A stretch of DNA of 64,000 bases from an uncultured Thermoleophilia bacterium. Lineage in GTDB: Bacteria > Actinomycetota > Thermoleophilia > Miltoncostaeales > Miltoncostaeaceae. The DNA is taken from NCBI GenBank assembly GCA_963842065.1, contig CAWJEW010000007.1, forward strand, positions 146,707-210,706. The letters run 5' to 3'. Under the pieces are notes generated by a model. That model was not told where the DNA came from. It made no database searches and was given only the letters and a program-made list of their open reading frames with translations. Shown in pieces: positions 22,554 to 32,827 of the stretch. The position numbers were made by a program, and so were the translations under genes. Within the stretch, counting starts at the first letter, position 1; the number at the start of each line of letters is the position of its first letter.

Positions 22554-23939
22554 TCAGGCCGAGCGCGCCTGTTTGATCAGCGTCTTGCCGAAGTCCCACA
22601 TGAGGCCGGATCCGCGGTGGGCCTCCTGCATGACGTCCTCAAAGGCGTCCACGAAGTAATCGACCTCCGCGGTCCCAAAGGTCAACGGCGGAATCAGCTT
22701 GATCACCTCCATGTGGTCCGCGGAGACCTGGGTCAGGATACGGTGGCGCTGGAACAGCGCGTGGACCACGGTCTGCGCGAACAGCCCCTTGCGGGCGGCG
22801 CTCAGGGCGGCCCACGATCCGCGCAGCTTCCACGACGACGGGCGCCCGAACTCGATCCCGACCATGAGGCCGCGTCCCCGCACGTCGTAGATCATGTCGA
22901 AGCGGTCCATTAGCGCGGCCAGACGCGACTTGAGCAGCTCGCCGGAGACGCGCGCATTGTGGATGAGGTCCTCCTGGCCGATCACGTGCAGCGTGGCCAG
23001 ACCGGCCGCCATCGCCTGGGCGTTCGACCCGAAGGTGGAGTCGTGGACGAGAACACGGTCCATCGACGAGTAGACCTTCTGGAAGATCCAGTCGCGCGCC
23101 ATCGTCGCGCCGATCGGGATGTATCCGCCCGACAGGCCTTTGGCGGTCGCCACGATGTCGGGGTCCACGCCGTCGTACTGGTAGGCGAAGAACTCGCCGG
23201 TCCGCCCGACGCCCGTCTGCACCTCGTCGAGGATCAGCAGCGCGCCGTGCTCGGCCAGCAGCGCCTGTGCGCCCGCCAGGAATCCCGGGGGCGCGACAGC
23301 AACCCGCTTGCCCTGGATCGGCTCGACCACGAACCCGGCCACGTCGCCGCGGCGCACCTCGCGTTCGAGGGCCTCCAGGTCACCGAACGGGATGCAGGTG
23401 TCCGGCAACAGGGGGTCGAAGCCGGCACGGAACTCCTCGGCGCCGTTGACCGACAAGCTGCCGACGGTCAGGCCGTGGAATGCGTGCTCGCAGTAGATGA
23501 TCCGCGGCCGCCCGGTGGCGTAGCGGGCGAACTTGAGCGCCGCCTCGACCGATTCGGTGCCGCTGTTGCTGAAGTAGACGCGATCGAGGTGGGGCGCACG
23601 GGCCAGCAGCTGTTCGCCCAGCAGTCCCGCCAATGGCGGGGCATCGAACTGGGTCAGGTCGGCCAGACCCAGGTCCAGGACGTCGTGCAGGGCCTGGCGG
23701 ACCACCGGGTGATGGCGCCCGACGGCAAACACGCCAAACCCCGCCAGCATGTCCAGATACTGCTGCTCCTCGTCGTCGACGAAGTAGCACCCTTCGCCCC
23801 GCGTGTAGATCTTGTCGAAGCCGATCGCATGCAGCGTGCGCGCCAGCTGCGGGTTGAGGTGCTCTTGGGCAAGCGCATACCGTTCGGCGCCCCGCTGCGC
23901 CACAAGACCGGAAAGATCGAAAGGCCCGCTAGCACTCAC
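22554..23939 (-). CDS. class-III (ornithine/acetylornithine-type) aminotransferase, HpnO-like by context
   Basis: The class-III aminotransferase fold has a PLP-lysine region, DIVATAKGLSGG. It is divergent from hpnC. The HpnO assignment rests on position next to the hopanoid cluster only. Confidence 0.7.
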   Translation of the reverse strand: MSASGPFDLSGLVAQRGAERYALAQEHLNPQLARTLHAIGFDKIYTRGEGCYFVDDEEQQYLDMLAGFGVFAVGRHHPVVRQALHDVLDLGLADLTQFDAPPLAGLLGEQLLARAPHLDRVYFSNSGTESVEAALKFARYATGRPRIIYCEHAFHGLTVGSLSVNGAEEFRAGFDPLLPDTCIPFGDLEALEREVRRGDVAGFVVEPIQGKRVAVAPPGFLAGAQALLAEHGALLILDEVQTGVGRTGEFFAYQYDGVDPDIVATAKGLSGGYIPIGATMARDWIFQKVYSSMDRVLVHDSTFGSNAQAMAAGLATLHVIGQEDLIHNARVSGELLKSRLAALMDRFDMIYDVRGRGLMVGIEFGRPSSWKLRGSWAALSAARKGLFAQTVVHALFQRHRILTQVSADHMEVIKLIPPLTFGTAEVDYFVDAFEDVMQEAHRGSGLMWDFGKTLIKQARSA

Positions 23940-24130
23940 CTGAGTTGGCTCCTCGGCGTAGAAAGTCGCGGGCAGCCCGGAAAAGCGTTCGTGTATCGTC
24001 TGGCCGTCCGTGGATCACGAAATGTGAAAGTAGTCGAGCGCACCACAGCTCGCCCGCAACCATCGGTGTGATTCTGCCGCATTACTCGCTGAAATCTAAT
24101 GCCCGCAGGAGCGTGCCGGGCGAAGAACAG

Positions 24131-24997
24131 ATGCGCGGCACGGCGTCCAGGGCTCCCACCGGGTCGGCGACGCTCGAGGACATCGCGGCCAAATCGGCCC
24201 TCAAGATCCGCGCCGAGAACTTCCCGGTCGCCCTGCGGGTGCTGCCGTCCGCACCGCGCGAGCGCCTTGCACGCGTCTATGCGTACGCGCGTTTCGTCGA
24301 CGATGTCGGCGACACGGCAGCCGGCGATCGCTCCGAATTGCTCGATCAGGTGGAGGCCGATGTCCGCGGCCTGTGGGGCGGCACCGTGCGGTCACCGGCC
24401 GTGGCGGGGCTGCGGCCGGTCATCGCCGCCTGCGGCGTGCCCGCCGAGCCGTTCCTGGATTTGATCCACGCCAACCGGGTCGATCAGCACACCTTGCGCT
24501 ACGAGTCATTCGACGATCTGCTCGGGTACTGCCGCCTGTCGGCGGCGCCGGTCGGCCGGATCGTCTTGTACATCGCCGCCGCCGCGACGGCCGCCAACAT
24601 CGCCGACTCGGACGCAGTGTGCGCCGCCCTGCAGGTGCTCGAACACTGCCAGGACGTCGGCGAAGACGCGCGCGTCGGCCGCGTGTACCTGCCTGCCGCG
24701 GATCTGCGTGAGGCCGGCGTCGACGACGAGGACCTGCTGACGCCGACGACCAGTCCAGGCCTGCGCCGCGTGGTCGCCGTCCAGGTCGGACGCTGCGATG
24801 AGCTGCTGGGGGCCGGGCGTGATCTCATCCGGCGACTGTCCGGATGGCCCCGCGTCGCCATCAGCGGGTATGTCGGGGGCGGCCTCGCCACCGCCGACGC
24901 GCTCCGGGGGGCCCGCTACCGCGTGCTCGAGCGCACGGTCCGGCCAAACAAGCTGCGCACCGCCGCCTACGCGGCCCGATTGACCGTGAGGCCCTGA
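24131..24997 (+). CDS. hpnC: squalene synthase HpnC (squalene/phytoene synthase family)
   Basis: Asp-rich motifs ARFVDDVGD and CQDVGEDARVGRVYLP are present. It is the first of two tandem SQS/PSY-family genes followed by an FAD oxidoreductase. Confidence 0.8.
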   Translation: MRGTASRAPTGSATLEDIAAKSALKIRAENFPVALRVLPSAPRERLARVYAYARFVDDVGDTAAGDRSELLDQVEADVRGLWGGTVRSPAVAGLRPVIAACGVPAEPFLDLIHANRVDQHTLRYESFDDLLGYCRLSAAPVGRIVLYIAAAATAANIADSDAVCAALQVLEHCQDVGEDARVGRVYLPAADLREAGVDDEDLLTPTTSPGLRRVVAVQVGRCDELLGAGRDLIRRLSGWPRVAISGYVGGGLATADALRGARYRVLERTVRPNKLRTAAYAARLTVRP

Positions 24998-25891
24998 GTG
25001 AGCACGGCGACCGATCCCGTCACCCAGGCCTACCGCGAGTGCGAGCGGATCACCCGCGAGCAGGCACGCAACTTCGCCTGGGGCATCCGCCTGCTGCCGC
25101 GTCCCAAACGCGCCGCCCTTTCGGCGGTCTATGCGATGGCCCGGCGCATCGACGACATCGGCGACGGGACGCTTCCCGCCGACGAGAAAGTGCGACTGCT
25201 GGGCATCGAGCGCCGCGCGCTGGAAGATCCGCGCGCCCATCACGACGATCCGGTCATGCGCGCCCTCGACGACGCCGCGCAGCGGATGCCGATTCCGCTG
25301 ACCGCGTTCGGCGAGCTGATCGACGGCTGCGAGATGGACATCGCCGGCCGCAAGTACGACACGATCGAGGACCTGATCGACTACTGCCGCTGTGTGGCCG
25401 GATCTATCGGCCGGCTGTCGCTCGGTGTCTTTGATCCCCGGCTCGCGCCGGGACCGGCCCAGGCCGCGGCGGCCCAGGCCGACGCGCTCGGGATCGCGCT
25501 GCAACTGACGAACATCCTGCGCGACATCCGTGAGGATCTGGGTGTCGGTCGGGTCTACCTGCCCGTACGCGACCTGGAGATGTTCGGCTGCGAGCTCGGC
25601 CTCCTGCCCGACGGGTCCCTTGACCCGTGCGACGGCGCGCTGGCCGAGGTGATCCGCTTCGAGGCAGCCCGCGCGTGGGGCTGGTACGACCGCGGGCTGC
25701 GCCTGTTGGCGGTCCTGGATCGGCGCAGCGCCGCCTGCTGCGCGGCGATGGCGGGCATCTACCACGATCTGCTCGGCCGGATCGCCGCCGACCCCTCGCT
25801 GGTCATGGGCGGGCGCACCTCGCTGCCGACCCGCCGCAAGCTCTGGATCGCGGGACGCTCCATCGCGTCCCCGGGATCGACCGGTGGATAA
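24998..25891 (+). CDS. hpnD: presqualene diphosphate synthase HpnD (squalene/phytoene synthase family)
   Basis: Motifs ARRIDDIGD and LRDIREDLGVGRVYLP are present. The GTG start immediately follows the hpnC TGA. Confidence 0.8.
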   Translation: MSTATDPVTQAYRECERITREQARNFAWGIRLLPRPKRAALSAVYAMARRIDDIGDGTLPADEKVRLLGIERRALEDPRAHHDDPVMRALDDAAQRMPIPLTAFGELIDGCEMDIAGRKYDTIEDLIDYCRCVAGSIGRLSLGVFDPRLAPGPAQAAAAQADALGIALQLTNILRDIREDLGVGRVYLPVRDLEMFGCELGLLPDGSLDPCDGALAEVIRFEAARAWGWYDRGLRLLAVLDRRSAACCAAMAGIYHDLLGRIAADPSLVMGGRTSLPTRRKLWIAGRSIASPGSTGG

Positions 25892-27248
25892 GGCCTCCGC
25901 GGTCGTCATCGGGGGCGGCCTCGCCGGGATCTCGGCCGCGCTGCGTCTGGCCGATGCGGGACGCAAGGTAGTGCTTCTGGAACGGCGTCAGCGCCTCGGG
26001 GGCCTCGCCTTTTCCTTCCCTCGCGGGCCGCTCACGATCGACAACGGCCAACACGTGTACCTGCGCTGCTGCGAGGCCTACCGGGCCCTGCTGCGGCGCC
26101 TGGAGGTCGAGCACCTGGTCACGCTGCAGGACCACCTCAACATTCCGGTGCTGCGTCCCGACGGACGCAGGGCCCGGCTCATGCGCGTGCCGGGCGTTCC
26201 GGCGCCGGCGCACCTCGGGGCCGCGCTGGCCATGTATCGCCTGCTCGTGCCCAGCGATCGCGTGCGGGCGGTCCGCGGAGCGCTGGCGCTGCGGCAGCTG
26301 GACCCGTCGGACCGGTCCCTGGACGCCCGGACGCTCGGCGAGTTCCTGCGTGCGCACGGCCAGAACGATGCGACGATCGGGGCGTTGTGGGGCGTCGTGG
26401 CGACTGCCACGCTCAATCTCGCCCCCGACGAGGCGTCCCTGGCGCTCGCCGCCAAGGTGTTCCGGACTGGCCTGCTCGATCACGCGCGCGCCGCCGACCT
26501 CGGGTATTCGCGCGTGCCGCTGGGCGAGCTGCACTCGATCGCCGCCCTGCGTGCTCTTCAGGCGGCCGGCGTTGAGGTCCTGCTCGGCCAGCGCGTCGAG
26601 GCCCTGGCCCCGGGAGCATCGGTGACCGCGCGTTGCGACGGCCAGTCGCGCACCTGGGCGACGGACATCGCCATCCTCGCCACCGCGCACCGCGAGGCGT
26701 TCTCGGCGCTGCCCGAGCTGACCCGGACGGCCGCGGCGCCCGCCGCCGAGCTCGGATCGTCGCCGATCGTCAACGTCCACGTGATCTACGAGCGCCGGGT
26801 CACCGATCTGCCGTTCGCGGCCGCCGTCGAGTCGCCCGTGCAGTGGTTCTTCGACCGGACCGACGCCTCCGGCCTGCACCGCACGCTCCCCGACGGCCAG
26901 TACCTGGCGGTGACCGTGTCGGCCGCCGACGCCATCGCGCAGGCGTCCTCCGACGACCTGACCGACCGCTTCATCCAGGAGCTCTCGCGCCTGCTGCCGG
27001 GGGCCCGGGGCGTACGCGCGGTCGAGACCTTCGTCACGCGTGAGCACCACGCCACCTTCCGACAAGCGGCCGGTTCGGTCGCGCGTCGGCCGTCGAGCGA
27101 CGTCGGCCTGCCGGGGATCTGGCTGGCCGGCGCGTGGACCGACACCGGCTGGCCGGACACGATGGAGGGCGCGGTGCGCAGTGGAACGGCCGCCGCCGAT
27201 GCGGCGCTGGCGGCGCCGGTCCACGCCGGGATGGGGGCCGGCCGATGA
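25884..27248 (+). CDS. hpnE: hydroxysqualene dehydroxylase HpnE (FAD-dependent amine-oxidase/phytoene-desaturase fold)
   Basis: The N-terminal dinucleotide motif is VVIGGGLAGISAAL. The gene overlaps hpnD by 8 nt and its position matches hpnCDE synteny. Confidence 0.75.
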   Translation: MDKASAVVIGGGLAGISAALRLADAGRKVVLLERRQRLGGLAFSFPRGPLTIDNGQHVYLRCCEAYRALLRRLEVEHLVTLQDHLNIPVLRPDGRRARLMRVPGVPAPAHLGAALAMYRLLVPSDRVRAVRGALALRQLDPSDRSLDARTLGEFLRAHGQNDATIGALWGVVATATLNLAPDEASLALAAKVFRTGLLDHARAADLGYSRVPLGELHSIAALRALQAAGVEVLLGQRVEALAPGASVTARCDGQSRTWATDIAILATAHREAFSALPELTRTAAAPAAELGSSPIVNVHVIYERRVTDLPFAAAVESPVQWFFDRTDASGLHRTLPDGQYLAVTVSAADAIAQASSDDLTDRFIQELSRLLPGARGVRAVETFVTREHHATFRQAAGSVARRPSSDVGLPGIWLAGAWTDTGWPDTMEGAVRSGTAAADAALAAPVHAGMGAGR

Positions 27249-28276
27249 GCGCCTCGCGCCAAGGCATGCGCGCCGCCGATGCCATCGCGCGGGCCCGCCG
27301 GCTCGTCGAACCCGCGCTGCGCGCTGCAGTGGACACCCTCGAGGACGAGCGCATGCGCCGGATCGCGGCGTACCAGATGGGCTGGTACGACGCCGATGGC
27401 GCCCCGACTCCGGGTGGCGGCAAAGCCATCCGGCCGACGCTAGCCATCCTTTCGGCGGAGGCGGCCGGCGGCCGCGCCGCCGATGGGGTGCCGGCGGCCG
27501 TCGCGCTGGAGCTGATCCACAACTTCTCGCTCCTGCACGACGACGTCGTCGACAACGACGTCGAGCGGCGCCACCGGCCGACCGGGTGGGTCGTGTTCGG
27601 CACCGGGCAGGCGATCATGGCCGGGACCGCGATGCTGACGCTGGCCGTCGAGGTGCTCGTTGCGGCCGGTCCCGCCGGCCGGCGCTGCCTGCCGGCGCTG
27701 CTGACGGGGGTTCAGCGCATGATCGGCGGCCAGTCACAAGACCTGGAGCTCGAGGGTCGTTCCGACGTCACCCTCGAAGAAGTGCTGCGCATGGAGGCCG
27801 GCAAGACCGCGGCCCTGCTGTCGTGTGCGGCATCGATCGGCGCGATCGCCGCAGGCGCACCCGACGAGATCGTGGCCGGCCTGGCCGCCTTTGGACACCA
27901 TGCCGGGATCGCGTTCCAGCTGGTGGACGACGTGCTCGGGGTCGCCGGCGATCCGAGCGTCACCGGCAAGTCGGCCTCCTCGGACGTCCGCGCCGGCAAG
28001 CGCAGCGCACCGATCGTGGCGGCCATGTCGGCGGACACGGACGCCGCGCGGCAGCTGGCGGCGATGTTTGCCGATACGCCGCCCACCAGCGACGACGACG
28101 TCGCGAGCGCCACCGCGCTGATCCACGAGGCCGGCGGGATCAGCTGGGCCAGCGACGAAGCCGACGCGCGGTTTGCCCAGGCCCTCGAGGAGCTCGGGCG
28201 CCTGCCGCTGCCGAATCCCGATGCGGCCGCCGACCTTGCCGCCCTGGCCGACTACATCGTCAACCGCACCCGATGA
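27245..28276 (+). CDS. polyprenyl diphosphate synthase (FPP/GGPP synthase type)
   Basis: The first Asp-rich motif LLHDDVVDND and the second FQLVDDVLG are present. ATGA overlaps occur at both ends. Confidence 0.85.
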   Translation: MSASRQGMRAADAIARARRLVEPALRAAVDTLEDERMRRIAAYQMGWYDADGAPTPGGGKAIRPTLAILSAEAAGGRAADGVPAAVALELIHNFSLLHDDVVDNDVERRHRPTGWVVFGTGQAIMAGTAMLTLAVEVLVAAGPAGRRCLPALLTGVQRMIGGQSQDLELEGRSDVTLEEVLRMEAGKTAALLSCAASIGAIAAGAPDEIVAGLAAFGHHAGIAFQLVDDVLGVAGDPSVTGKSASSDVRAGKRSAPIVAAMSADTDAARQLAAMFADTPPTSDDDVASATALIHEAGGISWASDEADARFAQALEELGRLPLPNPDAAADLAALADYIVNRTR

Positions 28277-30183
28277 GCGCAGGCGGACCGCCTGCCGATC
28301 GCGGGCTCGGCGCGGACGCCGCCGCGGTTGACGACGCGCTGCGGCGGGCGCAGGAGCATCTGCGCGGCCTGCAGGCGCCCGAGGGATGGTGGAAGGGCGA
28401 GCTGGCCACGAACGTGACGATGGACGCCGAAGACCTGCTGCTGCGCCAGTTCCTGGGCATCTTGCGTCCCGACCAGCTGGACGCCGCGGCCCGCTGGATC
28501 CGTTCCCAGCAGCGCGACGACGGCACCTGGGCAAACTTCTACGGCGGACCCGGGGACCTGTCGACGACGATCGAGGCCTACGCTGCCCTGCGCCTGGCAG
28601 GCGACGCACCCGAAACTGCGCACATGGCCCGTGCGCGCACGTTTGTACTCGCAAGCGGCGGCATCGAGGCCAGCCGGGTCTTCACCCGCATCTGGCTCGC
28701 ACTGTTCGGCGAGTGGCCGTGGGACGACCTGCCTGCGATGCCCCCTGAGCTGATGATGCTGCCCGCATGGTTCCCGTTGAACATCTACGACTGGGCCTGC
28801 TGGGCACGCCAGACCATCGTGCCGCTGACCATCGTCGCAACGATGCGCCCGGTGCGCCCGCTGCCGTTCCGCCTGACCGAGCTGCGCACCGGGACGAGGC
28901 CCGCGGCGGGGCGGCCGAGCCTTGCCGCGCGCGCCCTCAACGCACTCGACGCCGTGCTCAAGGCCTACCACCGGCTCGGGATCACGCCGGGACGCCGGGC
29001 GGCGATGCGCCGAGGCGCCGAGTGGATCGTCGCGCGCCAAGAGGCCGACGGCGGATGGGGTGGGATCCAGCCACCCTGGGTCTACTCGATCATGGGCCTT
29101 AATCTGTTGGGGTATCCGCTCGAGCACCCGGTGCTGGCGGCGGCCATCGACGGCCTGGAAGGGTTCCTCGTGCACGAGGACACGCCCGAGGGGCCGATCC
29201 GCCGGCTGGAGGCCTGCCAATCGCCGGTCTGGGACACGTGCCTGGCCGTCATCGCCCTCGTTGACGCCGGCATCGGGCCCGATGACCAGGCGCTCCAGCA
29301 CGCCGGCCGGTGGTTACTGGATGAGGAGATCAGGGTGCCCGGCGACTGGACGGTCCGGCGCCCGCATCTGGCGCCCTCGGGGTGGGCGTTCGAGTTCGCC
29401 AACGACATCTACCCCGACATCGACGACACCGCTGAGGTGATCCTGGCGCTGCGGCACCTGGAGCCCCGCTTGTCCGCCTGCGCGGACGCGCTTGAGCGAG
29501 CGACGCGCTGGACGGTTGGCATGCAATCCGGCGACGGTGGCTGGGGGGCCTTCGACGCGGACAACACCCGCCGGCTGATCGAGCAGCTCCCGTTCTGCGA
29601 CTTCGGCGCGGTCATCGACCCGCCGTCGGCCGACGTGACCGCGCACGTTCTCGAGATGCTGGCCCATCGCGGGCAGGCCGACACCGAGGCGGCCAAGCGG
29701 GGCCTGCGCTGGCTGCTCGGCGCGCAGGAACCGGACGGGTCATGGTTCGGCCGGTGGGGGACCAACTACGTCTACGGCACCGGCGCAGCTGTGCCGGCGC
29801 TCATCGCAGCGGGCATCGCCCCGGACGCGCCGCCGATCCGGCGTGCGGTCCAGTGGCTCGTCGCCCATCAGAACACGGATGGCGGGTGGGGCGAGGACAT
29901 GCGTTCCTACGTCGACGACCAGTGGCGCGGGCGCGGCGCATCGACCGCCTCACAGACCGCGTGGGCGCTGTTGGCCCTGCTGGCCGCCGGGGGCGGACCG
30001 GCCGTCGAACGCGGCGTCGCCTGGCTGATCGATACCCAACGAGCCGATGGCGGCTGGGACGAGGATCTGTATACCGGCACCGGGTTTCCGGGCGACTTCT
30101 ACATCAACTACGAGATGTACCGGCTGGTGTTCCCGGTCAGCGCACTCGGGCGCTACCGCGCCGCCCAGGTCGCGCCGAAATGA
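28273..30183 (+). CDS. shc: squalene-hopene cyclase
   Basis: The catalytic DxDDTA motif (YPDIDDTAEV) and repeated QW-type motifs (e.g. RSQQRDDGTW, AHQNTDGGWG, QRADGGW) are present. The real start is ATG 28273; the 1047-aa track ORF is an upstream read-through. Confidence 0.9.
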   Translation: MSAGGPPADRGLGADAAAVDDALRRAQEHLRGLQAPEGWWKGELATNVTMDAEDLLLRQFLGILRPDQLDAAARWIRSQQRDDGTWANFYGGPGDLSTTIEAYAALRLAGDAPETAHMARARTFVLASGGIEASRVFTRIWLALFGEWPWDDLPAMPPELMMLPAWFPLNIYDWACWARQTIVPLTIVATMRPVRPLPFRLTELRTGTRPAAGRPSLAARALNALDAVLKAYHRLGITPGRRAAMRRGAEWIVARQEADGGWGGIQPPWVYSIMGLNLLGYPLEHPVLAAAIDGLEGFLVHEDTPEGPIRRLEACQSPVWDTCLAVIALVDAGIGPDDQALQHAGRWLLDEEIRVPGDWTVRRPHLAPSGWAFEFANDIYPDIDDTAEVILALRHLEPRLSACADALERATRWTVGMQSGDGGWGAFDADNTRRLIEQLPFCDFGAVIDPPSADVTAHVLEMLAHRGQADTEAAKRGLRWLLGAQEPDGSWFGRWGTNYVYGTGAAVPALIAAGIAPDAPPIRRAVQWLVAHQNTDGGWGEDMRSYVDDQWRGRGASTASQTAWALLALLAAGGGPAVERGVAWLIDTQRADGGWDEDLYTGTGFPGDFYINYEMYRLVFPVSALGRYRAAQVAPK

Positions 30184-30767
30184 GGCGCACGCTTGTGGTG
30201 ACCGCGCTGCGGACCGAGCGCGCAGCGCTCACCCGGCACGTCGCCGGCGCAGAGCTCGCCCGCACCGGAATGGGCCCGGACAAAGCACGCCGGTGGTCGT
30301 TTGCCGGCGACCCGGCACGGCTGGCCGGCGCGGTCATCGCCGGCCTCGGCGGGAGCCTCGCTCCGGAGCTGCGCGCCGGCGATGTCGTCGTCGCTACCGC
30401 GGTCTGCGACGGGCTCGGACGCCTCGCGCTGCCCGGTGCCCGCGAGCTTGCCAAGCGGCTCTCGGATGCCGGCCATCCGGTGCACCTCGGGGCGATCGCG
30501 ACGAGCCCGCACGTGGTCTCGTCCGCGACCGAGCGCACGCAGCTGGCCGCCACTGGCGCGATCGCGGTCGACATGGAGTCCGCGGTGCTGGCGCGCGCCC
30601 TCGCAGCAGCCGTCCCCGTCAGCGTGGTCCGCGTGATCGTCGATACGCCTGCCACACCGCTGATGCGCCTGGCGACGATTCCGGCCGGCATCGCGTCGTT
30701 GCGCCGGCTGCGGGCGATCGGGCCGATCATCGGGCAGTGGGAGGGCGCTCGCGATGTGGCCAGCTGA
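30180..30767 (+). CDS. hpnG: hopanoid-associated phosphorylase/nucleosidase HpnG (PNP/UDP-1 family)
   Basis: The nucleoside phosphorylase-type motif GAIAVDMES is present. An ATGA overlap links it to shc, and it lies between shc and hpnH. Confidence 0.7.
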   Translation: MRRTLVVTALRTERAALTRHVAGAELARTGMGPDKARRWSFAGDPARLAGAVIAGLGGSLAPELRAGDVVVATAVCDGLGRLALPGARELAKRLSDAGHPVHLGAIATSPHVVSSATERTQLAATGAIAVDMESAVLARALAAAVPVSVVRVIVDTPATPLMRLATIPAGIASLRRLRAIGPIIGQWEGARDVAS

Positions 30768-30914
30768 TTGCAGATTGCGCGGCGACCGCACGTCATGTGG
30801 CGCACGGGGCAAGCGGCCAGCTAGGATTGGCCTACGCGGGTGGGAGCGGGCCATGCAAGGTCATGCCCTCGGCCGCGGTCCCGGGTCAGTCTGCGCAGGG
30901 AGGATCGTCGCCTG

Positions 30915-31928
30915 ATGGCCGTTCCTGTTCACCAAAGCACACGCATCGGCTGGTACCTGTTCAGCCAGAAGCTCCGGCGGCGGAAGAAGTTTCCGCTGAT
31001 CGTGGAGCTGGAGCCGCTGTTCGCCTGCAACCTGAAGTGCAACGGTTGCGGCAAGATCCAACAGCCGATCGAGGTACTCCAGCAGCGGATGCCCGTCAGT
31101 CAGGCCGTCGGCGCCATCGAGGAGTCGGGCGCGCCGATGGTGTCGATCGCCGGCGGGGAACCGCTGCTTCACCCGCAGATCGACGTGATCGTCGACGAGT
31201 TGGTCAAGCGCAAGAAGTACGTCTACCTGTGCACCAATGCGGAGCCGCTGCGCCGGCGCTGGGACAAGTACTCGTTCACGCCCTCGCGGTACTTCTCGTT
31301 CGCCGTCCACATCGACGGCCTGCGTGAGCGCCACGACGCGTCCGTCGCCCAGGAGGGCGTCTTCGACAAGGCCATCGAGGCCATCAAGTTCCTCAAGGAG
31401 CAGGGCTTCCGCGTCACCACGAACTCGACGTTCTTCACGACCGACACCCCGCAGACGATCATCGACGTCCTGAACTTCCTCAACGACGAGGTCCGAGTCG
31501 ACCAGATGATGATCTCGCCCGCCTACGCCTACGAGAAGGCGCCCGATCAGGATCACTTCCTCGGGGTCACCGAGACACGCTCGCTGTTCTCGAAGGCGTT
31601 CGCGAACGGCAACCGCGAACGCTGGCGGCTGAACCACTCGCCGCTGTTCCTCGACTTCCTCGAGGGCAAGGCCGACTTTCAGTGCACCGCCTGGGGGATT
31701 CCGTCGTACTCGCTGCTGGGCTGGCAGCGCCCGTGCTACCTGATGGCCGACGGGTACGTGAAGACCTACAAGGAGCTCGTCGAGACCACCGACTGGGACA
31801 AGTACGGCCGCGGCAAGGATCCGCGCTGCAACAACTGCATGGCGCACTGCGGGTACGAGCCGACGGCGGTGCTGGCGACGATGGGGTCGCTCAAGCAGAG
31901 TCTGCGCGCCATCCGCCAGCAGGGCTGA
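30915..31928 (+). CDS. hpnH: adenosyl-hopene transferase HpnH (radical SAM)
   Basis: The radical-SAM cluster motif is CNLKCNGCG. The HpnH-type N-terminus is IGWYLFSQKLRRRKKFPL and the C-terminus is Cys-rich. Confidence 0.85.
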   Translation: MAVPVHQSTRIGWYLFSQKLRRRKKFPLIVELEPLFACNLKCNGCGKIQQPIEVLQQRMPVSQAVGAIEESGAPMVSIAGGEPLLHPQIDVIVDELVKRKKYVYLCTNAEPLRRRWDKYSFTPSRYFSFAVHIDGLRERHDASVAQEGVFDKAIEAIKFLKEQGFRVTTNSTFFTTDTPQTIIDVLNFLNDEVRVDQMMISPAYAYEKAPDQDHFLGVTETRSLFSKAFANGNRERWRLNHSPLFLDFLEGKADFQCTAWGIPSYSLLGWQRPCYLMADGYVKTYKELVETTDWDKYGRGKDPRCNNCMAHCGYEPTAVLATMGSLKQSLRAIRQQG

Positions 31929-31953
31929 CCTCGGGCCGAACGCCTGCGGGAGA

Positions 31954-32754
31954 TCATCCGGGCGGCGGGCCGCCCTCGAACAGCTGCTCGATCACATCGA
32001 GAAGCTCGGGGTGGGCCGCAACGATGCCGCCGGGCCGCGCTCCGGCGGGATCAAGCACCCGCACCGCGCCCCCGGCTTCGGTCACGACCAGACGCCCAGC
32101 CATCCAATCCCACTCCTGCACACCGCGCTCGAAGAACGCGTCCAGACGGCCCGCGGCGACCCAGGCCAGATCCAGAGCGGCCGCCCCGAAACGCCGGATG
32201 TCGCGCACGCGCGGCAGCACCCGTGCCAGCACCTCGGCCTGGCGCCGTCGCTCCGCGGCGGAATAGTTGAAGCCGGTCCCGACGAGCGCATAGGCGAGCT
32301 CCGGGGGCGCAGACATGTGCAGCCGGCGCCCGCCCAGCCACGCCCCACCACCCCGCAGGGCGACGAAGGTATCGCCCGCGGCAGGCTGCGCGACGACCCC
32401 GACGACCGGCCCGTCCGCATCGCATACGGCGATGCTGACCGCCCAGTTCGGAATGCCCCACAGATAGTTCGTCGTGCCGTCGAGGGGGTCGACCACCCAC
32501 CACAGTCCCGACGACCCCCCGCGGTCGCCGCCCTCCTCGGCGATCCGTCCATCCGAGGGGCGCTCCCGGTCGAGGATCTCCGCGATGGCCCGCTCGGCGG
32601 CGCGGTCGGCGTCTCCGACGAGGTCGGTCGCGCTGCTCTTGGACCCCACGCCGCTCCAGGGGTGGTCGGCGCGCATGAGCAACTGGTACGCCGCGGCGTC
32701 CGCGGCGTGCAGCGCGGTCTCGACGAGTTCCTCGGGGGTCGGCACGCCCGACAT
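31954..32754 (-). CDS. inositol monophosphatase-family phosphatase (SuhB/ImpA/HisN-type; specificity unknown)
   Basis: Motifs WVVDPLDGTTNY and ERGVQEWD are present. The start is placed at ATG 32754; the track ORF extends to 32829. Confidence 0.75.
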   Translation of the reverse strand: MSGVPTPEELVETALHAADAAAYQLLMRADHPWSGVGSKSSATDLVGDADRAAERAIAEILDRERPSDGRIAEEGGDRGGSSGLWWVVDPLDGTTNYLWGIPNWAVSIAVCDADGPVVGVVAQPAAGDTFVALRGGGAWLGGRRLHMSAPPELAYALVGTGFNYSAAERRRQAEVLARVLPRVRDIRRFGAAALDLAWVAAGRLDAFFERGVQEWDWMAGRLVVTEAGGAVRVLDPAGARPGGIVAAHPELLDVIEQLFEGGPPPG

Positions 32755-32827
32755 CCTGACGGATTGCGCGACGCTGCGAGTGCGCCCTGTGGCCCCGGAC
32801 GCCACCTCTCCGCTAACATCGGTAACC

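Noticed and set aside
27040-30183. A 1047-aa ORF suggesting a giant squalene-hopene cyclase with a long N-terminal extension.
   Set aside because: The first about 410 residues are an Arg/Pro-rich out-of-frame read-through of the hpnE 3' end and the polyprenyl synthase gene. ATG 28273, with its ATGA overlap, gives a normal 636-aa Shc.
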